Under the pieces are notes generated by a model. That model searched no databases. It saw only the letters and a program-made list of their open reading frames with translations, and was not told where the DNA came from. A DNA stretch of 64,000 bases from the human T2T-CHM13v2.0 reference genome, Homo sapiens: assembly GCF_009914755.1 (NCBI RefSeq), contig NC_060928.1, one strand, 5' to 3'. Every line of letters begins with the position of its first letter. The first letter of the stretch is position 1. Positions 1 to 12,005 of the stretch are shown one piece after another. The translations under genes were made by a program, and so were the position numbers.

Positions 1-456
1 TCAATGCCAGCCCATGAAAGCAGCCAGGAAGGGGGCTGTGCCCAGCAAAGCCACAGAGGCAGAGCTACCCAAGACCATGGGAACCCACCTCTTGCATCAG
101 CATGACCTGAACATGAGACATGACGTCAAAGGAGATCATTTTGGAGGTTTAAGATTTGACTGCCCCACTGGATTTCAGACTTGCATGGGGCCTGTAGCCC
201 CTCTGTTTTGGCCAATTTCTCCCATTTGCAATGGTTGTATTTACCCAATGCCTGTACCCGTATGTGGGAAATAACTAACTTGTGTTTGACTTATAGGCTC
301 ATAGGTGTAAGGGACTTGCCTTGCCTCAGATGAGACTTTGGACTATGGACTTTTGAGTTAATGCTGAAATGAGTTAAGACTTTGGGGGATTGTTGGGAAG
401 GCATGATTGGTTTTGAAATGTGAGGACATGAGATTTAGGCAGGGCCAGGGGTGGAA
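1..456 (+). mobile_element. THE1 (MaLR) internal sequence, 3' part, running off the window edge
   Basis: Typical THE1-int text (gagacatgacgtcaaaggagatcattttgga..., gactttggactatggacttttgagttaatgctg). Ends in the purine tract gggccaggggtggaa directly before the LTR. Confidence 0.9.
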
Positions 457-798
457 TGATATGGTTTGGCTGTGTCCCCACCCAAATCTCATCTTGAATA
501 CCCACATTGTGGGAAAGACCCAGTGGGAGGCAATTGAATCGTGGGGGCAGGTCTTTCCAGTGCTGTTCTCATGATAGTGAATAAGTCTCAGGAGATCGGA
601 TGGTTTTAAAAAGGGGAGTTTCCCTGCACAAACTCTCTTCTCTTGTCTGCTGCCATGTGAGATGTGCCTTTTACCTTCTGCCATGATTGTAAGACCTTAC
701 CAGCCACATGAAATTGTAAATCCAATAAACCTCTTTCTTTTGTAAATTGCCCAGTCTTGGGTATGCCTTTATCAGCAGAGTGAAAACAGACTAATATA
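457..798 (+). mobile_element. THE1B-like 3' LTR
   Basis: Starts tgatatggtttggctgtgtccccacccaaatctcatcttgaa, has AATAAA at 724-729, ends gaaaacagactaatata. Confidence 0.92.
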
Positions 799-922
799 CC
801 AGCCTTCCCTTCATCATCCTCAATATATTTTGCAGAAGCCAAGATCCAGCCTGAGCTAGGGGTATGGGAGGCAATTTGAACTGTTTGGGAGATTGAAGTT
901 TTGATATTAGATTAGATTTGAC

Positions 923-1203
923 TTTTTCTTTTTTCTTTTTTCTTTTTTTTTGAGACAGGGTGTTGCTCTGTTGCCCAGGCTGGGGTGCAGTGACACAACC
1001 ATAGCTCACTGCAGCTTCAACCTCTCAGGGCTCAAGTGATTTTTCTGCCTCAGTCTCCCCAGTAGCTGGAACTACAGGCATGCACAATTATGCTCAGCTT
1101 TTTTTTTCTTCTTTGCAGAGATGGGGTCTTGCTATCTTGCCCAAGCTGGTCTCCTTGGCCTCCTAAAGTGCTAGGATTACAGCATGAGCCACCACACCCA
1201 GCC
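923..1203 (-). mobile_element. Alu (AluJ-like, with internal deletion)
   Basis: Poly-T followed by tgagacagggtgttgctctgttgcccaggct ... gagccaccacacccagcc; heavily diverged. Confidence 0.9.
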
Positions 1204-1699
1204 TAGATTTTTATTATCTAAAAATATGACTGGAAAAAACAAGAAATCTGACATCAAGATATAATCTAAGGCCAAGAAAGGGAGATCTGAGAAAAGTCTG
1301 CTTATTAGTGGAGGAAAGCAAAAATTATTTAATTAGTGTAAGGTATCGAGACTTCCACTTTCACTGTGTATATAAATATATATCATTAAATTTATAAAAG
1401 GCAATTGTATTTTATATATTTATCTATATCTTTTTTTCGAATTTGGTAAAATACTCTGGAAAGCCTCCCAAACCTTGATTCTAATTCATCCATAATGATT
1501 GCTTTGAATCTTTGGTCCAATGTACTCACCCGTTTTTCATCATTCTCATATTAATAACTTTCTTTTCATTTCAATACTTTTTGTTGCTCAAAAAATCCCA
1601 CTGCAATATCTACCCTTATTTTATGCTAACTTTTACTTTTATGAAATCATAGAAGCAGAAAGCATGAGTCTGTTTGCTAGGAAAATGTATGCATATTAT

Positions 1700-2610
1700 A
1701 TTCTAATATATTGCCAACATGATTTCCACAAAAATATAGCAAAATTTCCACGTGCAATATATGAAAATGCTAAATTTTTGGAATCCTTGTTAACACCAGA
1801 AATTACCACTCTTTTAAATTTTTAACAATTTACTGGGTTAAAAAGCAATTATCTCATTGTTTTAATCTGCATTTCTCTGGCTACTGGTAAGACTGAGCAT
1901 GGTTACTGGTCATTCGAATGTACTCTTCTGGGAAATTCTTTATAATAAAATTGGCCTATTTTTCTAGTCAGTTATTTGTGTTTCTCTTATCAATTTAAAG
2001 AATCTTTGTGTGGTATAGAATTTAAATATTTATATCCCAAGTATTACAAGTATTATTTGCAAATCTATCATGTCATAGCCATACACTGTTTTTCACTCTT
2101 TTACAATAAACATTTTTTATTTTGGAAGAATTTTAGATTTATAGAGACATTGTAAAGATAGTATAGGGAATACTGAAATCCCCTCACCTGTTGCCATCTT
2201 CCATCATCATGAGACATTTGTTAAATCTAATAAATATCAGTATTGATATATTACTGATACAGGATGCCATATTATATTTATTTGTTAAGTCTTTCTGGTA
2301 TCCTCTGGTTTATGATAGTCTCTCAGGCTTTCTTTCATGATCTTTACAGTTCTGAGGAATACTAGTCAAGTATTTCATAAAATGACCCTAAATTTGGATT
2401 TGTCTGATATTTTTCTCATAATTAGACTGGGGTTATGTGTTTGTAGATATAGTGTCATAGAGTGCCCTTCTCATCACATCATATCAGGCAGTACCTGCTA
2501 TCCACACAACATCACTGATGGTAGTAACCTTGATCATTTAGCCAGGTTTCTCCATTGTTAAGTTATTACTTGTCTCTTTCTATACTCTGTTATTTGAAAG
2601 CAAGTCACTA
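1700..2610 (-). mobile_element. Old L1 (L1M/L1MC-ME) 3' fragments
   Basis: atctcattgttttaatctgcatttctctg and aattttagatttatagagacattgtaaagatagta are antisense old-L1 motifs. Boundaries approximate. Confidence 0.6.
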
Positions 2611-2891
2611 AAGGCATACTTTTTTTATAATCAAATGCATAATTTTCATTTAAACTTTTGAGTTTCTTTCCTAAAATACTTCCTCATAGCTTATGGAATA
2701 AAGGCCAGCCTCCTTAACATGACCCCTAAGTTAAGTCCATAGAGGATGTCACTGTCAGTATCTTTCTCAGCTTCATTCTGACATGTCTATGATATTCTTC
2801 CTTTCTCTCCCTCATCTCTAATTTCGCTGAGTTAAATCTTATTCTTTCTTCAGATACCAACTTACATATCACTTTTTAAAATGTATTTTGT

Positions 2892-3222
<331 letters not shown>

Positions 3223-3289
3223 TATTAAACATTTAAAAAAATGTATTTCGTGAGATCTCCAGTTTGGGTCTGGTGACATATCTCTGTGC

Positions 3290-3690
3290 TCCCATGGCAT
3301 GTTGTCCTCCCCTGTCATAGACCTTATTATTGTGTGTTATAATCCTCTGTATCTTGTACTGGACTACACATTACAGCAGAGCAGTGATAGTGTCTATCCT
3401 CTTTCCTTTGTATCTCCAGAGGCTAGCATAGTGCCTGTTGCATAATGTGTACTGAGTAAATATTTTATAAACAAATAAATACATGTTGCTTCAAAATACT
3501 AATGTCTTGACTGCAGTAGCCCTCAAAAACCTGTGTTTATTGCTCTTAATTTTCAATTATTTATGCATGCCTTTATTCATTCATTTATTCAATCAATATT
3601 TATTGTATACCTCCTTTGCGCCAGATACATCCTAAGTCCTAGGTGTTGGGTGCTTAGTGAACAAGACAGACAGGGCCTCTGCTTTCATGA
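3290..3690. mobile_element. L2 fragments (both orientations)
   Basis: gctagcatagtgcctg...gtaaatatttt and attcattcatttattcaatcaatatttattg are L2 3'-end motifs. Confidence 0.6.
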
Positions 3691-6104
3691 CCATAGTGTC
3701 ATGTACTGCAAAAAATCATGAAACTTTTTAAAAGGTTAAGTCCATTCCAAAAAGTTGTTCATGGGCCACCTTGTGGCTGTCAACACTGACTGGTCAACCC
3801 CTTAGGCTCCAGAGCAACATGAGCTCTACTTCATGGGAAATATAAATCAAGTACTCTTATTCCATTGATCAGCTTCCCTTGGAAAGCTTAAGTAAGTAGT
3901 TTATAGGGGTTGGGGGGGCAGTGTGGGAATGGGGAATAGAAATATCAAAGAAAGTGGAGAAAATGGTATAGAAATTGGGGATTTCAGCACTGACATGATA
4001 CCATGCCACAACCTGGTTCTGTAAATTTTATTTCAAATGCTAAGCTAAGAAATTTGGTAGTAAAGATGGCAGTGGCATTGTAGAACTCTTTATTACAGAT
4101 ACTTATTTAGCTTAACTTGAGAGAATTCACAAATATAAATTTTAATGGACAGCTTTTGACATTTTATATTAGGTTTAATTTCTTTCTCTTTTAAATTGTT
4201 TGAGTATTTTTATTTGATTTTGTGCAGACAGTTGAATTATTCTACTAAGCCAGAGGTAAAACTTACAATTATGAAATCCAAGCATATTTGTGACTTATGA
4301 CCCAGCAGCTCATATTACTGCTGACTGGGTGAACCCCAGACCTTCTAAAATATTGAGTAATTCCCATTGAGGCCCTTGCTATTTCTCATAAATATGTGTT
4401 TCAAAAAAAATAAAGTCACTATAGTCGTCAGTGTTCTGAATAACTTTTATCTCATAAAGCTGAACTGAAATGTTTTTAATAAAAATACTGTCCTCTACCT
4501 ACAGTATGATTGCTTGGATTTCTATGTGAATATAACAAAGAGGGATTTAATCTAAGTTTACAATGTCTTATTTAGGCTTATATTTGGGTCCATAAAACAC
4601 CTCCAGTTTTTCTGTTATATAAATAACCAAGCTGTGTCCTAGATGCCATGCTCAGCTACAGGCCTAATGCAGACTAGTGAACTATTTGTAGCCCAAATTC
4701 ACTCTAGGTTACCAGTGAACCATAAAGCCTAAAGTTAGCAGAGAAAGAAAATCTAGTCTCTTTATTCCAAAGAGAATCTTTGAAAAATTTACCATTTCCC
4801 ATATTCCATTTTGCTTCTAAAGGGTATGGAATAATTTAAAACTTGGAAAATATACTCAGTGAGGAGAGAGAGCTGGATATTTCAGAGTATAATGAGCCAA
4901 TTCCTGAAGATGAATGAGACTTCTGTAGTTAGTGTACTCATCCTATTTATAGTGCCCAAGTCATCCTTATGTTCTTCTTGTCAACTTAGCTTTAAGGCTA
5001 TTTTTCACTTCCTTTAGAAAACAATACAAATATACAAAACTAATATTCCCTTATAAATAGTAAATGTTAAATGAAAAAAAAGAAAAGAAGGACCACATTT
5101 ATCCATTTAGTTGTAATAAATAATGCAAGCTTTCCAAATGGAAGTACTAGAATAATTAAGCTAATTTTCCAAAATTATTCTAGTGTATTCAATTATGGAT
5201 TTTAATTATTTTAGAGAAGCAACTCATAGTGTTAATGAAAGAGACAGAAGTAAAAATCATGGTGGAGTTAGGTTTCATGTTTCTGCATTCTATAAGCTTT
5301 ATTAGACAATGTTAATCAAATATTTAATGAATACTAAGAGCCTTTTGGGAGAGTAAAATGAATGTTACCATCATGGCTCTGAGAACTAGGTTGAAGTATA
5401 ATCACAATCAGTTAAGGTAAGTGGATTTCACTGCCAAAGGGAACATTGGTTGTTGAAAAGAGGTCTCTGGAGAATTGTTTGGTATTAAAAAGAAATAATG
5501 CTAAAATAAAAATTAAAGCATGCCAAGTTTATGACATAAACTCCTAGATACCAGAAATATTAGGATAATGTTGCTCTTCAATCTTCAACTCATAATAGTC
5601 AAAAAGATTCAGCAGAGTATAAATGAACTGAATAGACCCCTTATCATTTCATTTTCTATGTTATGTTTGTTTTATGTGTCACTCAAATATATCTTATACT
5701 TTTTGTTTCTGTGGCATCTTGAAAAAGAGAAGAGAAGAATGTAAAAAAAAAGAAACCAATGTTTCTTAAACTAACTGCATTATAACCACTTGGGAGTAAT
5801 AATTAAAAATACAGATTCCTAGTACTTGACCCAAAACAAATGAATTACTTGCTAGGGTTAGAGTCAGGAATTTGTTCCTTAAATGATCTGCCCAAGTGAT
5901 TCTTAATCACGTGAAAATTTGAGATCTGCTGAATTAGATTTTTAATTGTGAAAGAACATGCTAAATATATATTAGGATTCCTCTCTTCTCCTCAAACATT
6001 ATTATGACCATCTGTAAATTATATGAATTCACTTTACCTTCTTAATGAGTATCACATACTAAAATACTTTGCTTATTTGAAGCTAAACAAATCTTACAGA
6101 AACT

Positions 6105-6325
6105 TGTATCAGGCAGCTATTGTTGTGAAACAAACAATGACTATCAGAGGCATAGGATGAAAAGCATTTACTTACCTCATATGTGTTTATCATATCAATG
6201 ATAAACATTTAGTTAGCTCATGTGAGTCAGGTGGGGTTCATCTGGTCTAGGCTGGGCATAGCTGGGCAGCTATACGCTGCAGGTTGTTTTTCAGTCTGTT
6301 AATGTCTCTTAACCTTCTTGGAGCT
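6105..6325 (-). mobile_element. MLT1-type (MaLR) LTR, left half, interrupted by HERV-L
   Basis: tgtatcaggcagctattgttgtgaaacaaac ... tagttagctcatg ... ggctgggcatagctggg is antisense MLT1-like text that resumes after 9669. Confidence 0.6.
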
Positions 6326-6719
6326 TGTGATGGTTAATACTGAGTGTCAACTCGATTGGATTGAAGGATGCAAAATATTGATCCTGGGTGTGTCTGTGAA
6401 GGTGTTGGCAAAGGATATTAAGAGTCAGTGGGCTGGGAAAGGCAGATTCACCCTTAATCTGGGTGGGCACCATCTAATCAGCTGCCAGCGTGGCCAGAAC
6501 ATAGAGCAGGCAGAAAAATGTGAAAAGGCTAGACTGGTTTAGCCTCCCAGCCAACATCTTTCTTCTGTGCTGGATGCTTCCTGCCCGTGAACATCAGACT
6601 CCAAGTTCTTCAGCTTTGGGACTCAGACTGGCTTCCTTGCTCCTCAGCTTGTAGATGGCCTATTGTGGGACCTTGTGATTGTGTGAGTTAATACTGCTTA
6701 ATAAACTCCCATATATATA

Positions 6720-6722
<3 letters not shown>
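6326..6722 (+). mobile_element. MLT2A 5' LTR of HERV-L provirus (3' end missing)
   Basis: Starts tgtgatggttaatactgagtgtcaac. Closely similar to 9226-9669 up to aataaactcc, then runs into (TG)n. Confidence 0.93.

Positions 6723-6769
<47 letters not shown>
6723..6769. repeat. (GT)n microsatellite, about 23 units
   Basis: Uninterrupted gtgtgt... run. Confidence 0.97.
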
Positions 6770-6772
<3 letters not shown>

Positions 6773-9225
6773 GCGCCCATAGGTGAATCACAGCAGAGTT
6801 CTCTAGGATTTTTAGAGCAAGGCCCTGCCATCTTTTGGAGATAACTACTCCCCTTTTTTTGAGAGGCAGCTCTTGGCCTGTTACTAGGCTTTGGTGGAAA
6901 CCAAACGTTTGACTATGGGTCATCAAGTCACCATGCGACCTGAATTGCCCATCATGAACTGGGTGCTTTCAGACCCATCTAGACCCATAAAGTGGGTTGT
7001 GCACAGCAGCATTCCATCATCAAATGGAAGTTGTATATATGTGACTGGGCTTGAGCAGGTCCTGAAGACAATAGTAAAGTTACATGAGGAAGTGGCTCAA
7101 ATGCCCATGGTCACCACCCCTGCCACACTGCCTTCTCTCCCTCAGCCTGCACCAATGCTCTCATGGGGAGTTCTCTATGATCAGCTGACAGAGGAAGAGA
7201 AGACTAGGGCCTGGTTCACAGATGGTTCTGCACGATATGCAGGTACCACTTGAAAGTGGACAGGTGCAGCACTACAGCCCCTTTCTAGGACATCCCTGAA
7301 GGACAGCAGTGAAGGGAAATCTTCCGATTGGAGAGAACTCTGAGCAGTACACTTGGTTGTGCACTTTGCATGGAAGGAAAAATAACCAGATGAGCAATTG
7401 TATACTGATTCACGGGCTGTAGCCAATGGTTTGGCTGGATGGTCAGGGACTTGGAAAAAGCATGACTAGAAAACTGGTGACAAAGAAATTTGGGGAAAAG
7501 GTATGTGGATGGACCTCTCGGAGTGGTCAAAAACTGTGAAGATATATGTATCCCATGTGAGTGCTTACCAACTGGTGACCTCAGAATAGAGGATTTTAAT
7601 AATCAAGTGGTTAGGTTGACCCATTCTGTGGACACCACTCAGCCTCTTTCCCTAGCCACCTGTCATTGCCCAGTGGGCCCATGAACAAAGTGGCTGTGGA
7701 AGCAGGGATGGAGGTTATGCATGGGCTCAGCAACACAGACTTCTGCTCACCAAGGCTGACCTGCCTATGGCCATTGATTAGTGCCCAATTTGCCAACAGC
7801 AGAGACCAACACTGAGTCCTCGATATGGCACCACTCCTCAGGGTGATCAGCCAGCTACCTGGTGGTAGGTTGATTATATTGGACCTCTTCCATCATGGAA
7901 AAGGCAGAGGTTTGTCCTCACTGGAATAGACACTTACTCTGGATATGGGTTTGCCTATCCTGCTCACAATGCTTCTGCCAAGACTACCATCCATGGACTC
8001 ACAGAGTGCCTTACAACCATCATGGTATTCCACACAGCATTGCCTCTGACCAAGGCACTCACTTTACAGCTAAAGAAGTGTGGCAGTGGGCTCATGCTCA
8101 TGGAATTCACTGGTCTTACCATGTTCCCCATCATCCTGAAGCAGCTGGATTGACAGAATTGTAGAATGGCCTATTGAAGTCACAATTACAATGCCAACTA
8201 GGTAACAATACTTTTCAGGGCTGGAGCAAAGTTCTCCAGAAGGCCATGTATGCTCTGAATTGGTGTTCAATATATGGCACTGTTTCTCCCATAGCCAGGA
8301 TTCATGGGGCCAGGAATCAAGGGGTGGAAGTAGAAGTGGAAGTGGCACCTCTCACCATCACCCCTAGTGATTCACTAGCAAAATTTTTGCTTCCTGTTCC
8401 TGTTACATTACGTTCTGCTTGCCTAGAAGTCTTAGTTCCAGAGGGAGGAACACTGCCACCAGGAGACACTATGATTCCAGTAAACTGGAAGTTAAGATTA
8501 CTACCTGGTCACTTCCACCTTTAAGTCAACAGGCTAAGAAGGGAGTTACAGTGTTGGCTGGGGTGATTGACCCGGAATATCAAGACAAAATTAGTCTACT
8601 ACTCCATAACAAAGGTAAGTAAGAGTATGCATGGAATACAGGAGATCCATTAGGGCACCTCTTAGTATTACCATGACCTGTGATTAAGGTCAATGGGAAA
8701 CTACAACATCCAATCCAGGCATGACTACAAATGACCAGACCCTTCAGGAATGAAGGTTTGGGTCACTCCACCAGGAAAAAAAAAAAAAAAAAAAAAAAGC
8801 CATGACCTGCTGAGGCGCTTGCTAAAGGTAAAGGGAATACAGAATGGGTAGTAGAAGAAGGTAGTCATCAGTTCCAGCTATGACCATGTAGCCAGTTGCA
8901 GAAACGAGGACTTAATTGGCATGAATATTTACTCCTTCTTTTGTTAAAAACATGTTTGTGCATGTATACACTTGTACTAAGAAAATATCTTCATTGTATT
9001 TCCTTTACCCTTTATCATGTGACATAAGATTTATTGACTTCTTATCAGCATTTAAGTATTGTTAACTTTATGTAATAGCATTTGGGTTGGGGATTGGTGA
9101 ATTTCCAGTTGTGCGAAGGAGAGTTGTATTGTTAGGCATAATTATGACCTTATTATTGTCTTTATTTGAAGATTATGTATGATCTCAGGAGATGTGTATG
9201 GGTTCAAGTTGACAAGGGGTAGACT
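6770..9225 (+). pseudogene. HERV-L internal remnant: pol connection/RNase H, integrase and dUTPase, disrupted by stops and frameshifts
   Basis: ORF fragments show RNase H (AWFTDGSARYAG), integrase core (HHGIPHSIASDQGTHFTA...HHPEAAGL) and dUTPase (LEVLVPEGGTLPPGDT...WKLRLLPGHF, KKGVTVLAGVIDP). dUTPase after integrase with no env is the ERV-L layout. PPT gacaaggggtagact precedes the 3' LTR. Confidence 0.93.
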
Positions 9226-9669
9226 TGTGATGGTTAATACTGAGTGTCAACTTGATTGGATTGAAGGATGCTAAGTATTGATCCTTGGCATGTCTGAAGG
9301 TATTGCCAAAGGAGATTAACATTTGAGTCAGTGGGCTGGGAAAGGCAGACCCATCCTTTATCTGGGTGGGCACCATCTAATTAGCTGTCAGTGTGCCCAG
9401 AATATAGAGCAGGCAGAAAAATGTGAAAAGGCTAGACTGGCTTAGCCTTCCAGGATAGGTCTTTGTCCTGTGCTGGATGCTTCCTGCCCTGGAACACCAG
9501 ACTCCAAGTTCTTCAGCTTTGGGACTTGGACTGGCTTCCTTGCTCCTCAGCTTGTAGATGGCCTATTGTGGGACCTTGTGATTGTGTGAGTTAATACTAC
9601 TTAATAAACTCCACTTTATATACATGTATCTATCCTATTAGTTCTGTCCCTCTAGAGACCCCTAATACA
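9226..9669 (+). mobile_element. MLT2A 3' LTR of HERV-L provirus
   Basis: tgtgatggttaatactgag ... gtccctctagagacccctaataca. Provirus flanked by gagct (6321-6325) and gaggt (9670-9674), a 5-bp TSD with one mismatch. Confidence 0.95.
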
Positions 9670-9935
9670 GAGGTTCTAGACTAGTTGAGGTATGTTGTTA
9701 TAGTAATGACACAAGCATATTTCGAGTCTCTGCTGGTGTCACATCTACTAATAACCCATTGACCAAGGCAAGCGACATGGCCAAGCCCAACACCAAAGGA
9801 TGAAAAAAGTACATTTCACCTACCATGAGGCTAAAGCTAGTTATATGGCCAAGTACAATATCAAGAATGTAGGGAAGTATACTCCTACCATGAAGGGAGT
9901 AGGAGAGTGGAAATGAAAATTTCACAAGCCTCAAT
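9670..9935 (-). mobile_element. MLT1-type LTR, right half
   Basis: gtcacatctactaataacccattgaccaaggcaagcgacatggccaagcccaac is a typical antisense MLT1 motif. Confidence 0.65.
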
Positions 9936-11002
9936 GTCATAATTTACTTAGCAAAATAAGAGTAGGTCTCTGTTACCCTAGTGCTTACTGGGTAGATGAG
10001 AGACCTGTGAAAGGGTATTCCCTTACTCACGAATCTACCTAAAATATCACTATTTAAGTTTATTCCTTTGAGTTAAGTCTCTCTGATATGTAGGAATCCT
10101 GTAGTATAATAAAAGCTCCCCAGAAAGGAAGTAATATTAAGCCTGAAAAGAGCAGTAAATTCTTACATCCTTTTTTTTCCAAATAAGGGGATATTTAGGG
10201 GCTGTCTCATTAGCATATTACAAGTCACATGGGTCATATAAAGTACTAGCCAGGAAAATAGGAAGAAAAGAAAGTCAGAGATATTGTGAAAGAAGGTTTT
10301 TAAAAACTTGACAACTAATTCAATGGTGTGAAACAAGTGGAAAGAATCACAATGGATTTTAGGTTCCAGTGGATATTAAGATGGAAATGACTCACAGAAT
10401 ATTGTAAAGGTGAAAAGAGAGTTCAGCCAAGGAGCCAGACCAGGGAGAGAGAGAGAGAAATGTAAAAGTCTCAGACAGAAGTTGAGAAAGATGATGAGGT
10501 TACTTAAAGAAAGTACTATGGAAACGTATAGAAAGCAACAAGGGAGGCACTCTTGAAGAGTTCCTACACTTAGGGAAGAGGTAAAAAGGAAACAAAGAGA
10601 GAATATTAAGCTTCCTTGCCCACCAAATCAATCATACAACAAATAATAGATAACAAATCCCATCATTTGATTTAGAGAAAAAAGCAGAGGAAAGACACTA
10701 AATCCCATGGTCTGGTTTCTTGTCAAACAGTGCAAGTGACCATTTTTCCCAGATATTACTTTTCTTTTTCTAGATAGAAATCGCCTTTCTGAATCGAGTA
10801 AAAGCAAATAAATAAGAGCAGCTTGATGTTATATACAATATACAGTGTTACACAAAGTTGTGATTCATTTTCTACTGGTGTTTAGTGAGTGTTTGACTGT
10901 ACCATTTTGAATCATTGGAAAATTATTGTAATTTTTTTGTTTCCAAAAAGAATGATATTTGCTTTTCTATTAATCAGACCACACCCTTAAAAGTGCTTTC
11001 TT

Positions 11003-11318
11003 GGCCGGGCGCGGTGGCTCACGCCTGTAATCCCAGCACTTTGGGAGGCCGAGGCAGGCAGATCACGAGGTCAGGAAATCGAGACCATCCTGGCTAACAC
11101 AGTGAAACCCCGTCTCTACTAAAAATACAAAAAAATTAGCCTGGCGTGGTGGCGGGCGCCTGTAGTCCCAGCTAATTGGGAGGCTGGGGAGGCTGAGGTA
11201 GGTGAATGGCATGAACCCAGGAGGCGTGAACCCGAGAGGCAGAGCTTGCAATGAGCCCAGATTGCGCCACTGCGCTCCAGCCTGGGCAACAGAGCGAGAC
11301 TCTGTCTCAAAAAAAAAA
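11003..11318 (+). mobile_element. AluY/Sc-like element with internal micro-duplications
   Basis: ggccgggcgcggtggctcacgcc...gatcacgaggtcagga; A tail; TSD-like tgctttctt on both sides. Confidence 0.95.
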
Positions 11319-11385
11319 AGATTGCTTTCTTAAAAATGTGCCTCTTAATATATGTGTCATGCTTTTAAAACAGTATCCTGTTTTG

Positions 11386-11692
11386 GGCTGGGCATGGTGA
11401 CTCATGCCTGTAATCCCAGCACTTTGGGAGGCTGAAGCGAGTGGATCACGAGGTCAGGAGATCAAGACCTTCCTGGCTAACACGGTGAAACCCTGTCTCT
11501 ACTAAAAATACAAAAAAAATAGCTGGGCGTGGTGGCGGGTGCCTGTAGTCCCAGCTACTCAGGGGGCTGAGGCAGGAGAATGGCATGAACCTGGGAGGCA
11601 GAGCTTGTAGTGAGGTGAGATCACGCCACTGCACTCCAGCCTGGGAGACACAGCGAGACTCTGTCTCAAAGAAAACAAAAACAAAAATAAAA
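11386..11692 (+). mobile_element. AluY/Sc-like element
   Basis: Full dimer about 70 bp after the previous Alu; degenerate TSD aaaacagtatcctgtttt / aaaaccactatcctatttt. Confidence 0.95.
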
Positions 11693-11769
11693 CCACTATC
11701 CTATTTTATATCCATTAAACAATATGTAGTACAATCGGTTAAGAATGCCCACTAAATAATAATGGTAGG

Positions 11770-12005
11770 GTAATAATGGTTAACATTTTAAAGTGCTTAT
11801 CTATAGCCCAGGCATGGCTTGAAGTACTTTCTGTATATTAATTTTTTTATTCCACAAAAAACCGTATATAAGGTGGGCACCATTTTTTTTTTTTTTTTTT
11901 TTGCAGGTAAGAAAATCAGAGCAAAGGAAGTTTGAGTAATGCACCCTGGCTCCCATAAATGGTAGATGCAGAGCTCAAACCCACATGGCTGACTCCAGAC
12001 CTCAA
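11770..12005 (+). mobile_element. MIR with internal poly-T expansion
   Basis: catttt...gcaggtaagaaaatcagagc...agagctcaaaccca core. Confidence 0.7.

Noticed and set aside
6891-8622. HERV-L ORFs as a domesticated gene or active retrovirus
   Set aside because: Multiple stops and frameshifts; gag and RT are deleted; the longest piece is about 120 aa.
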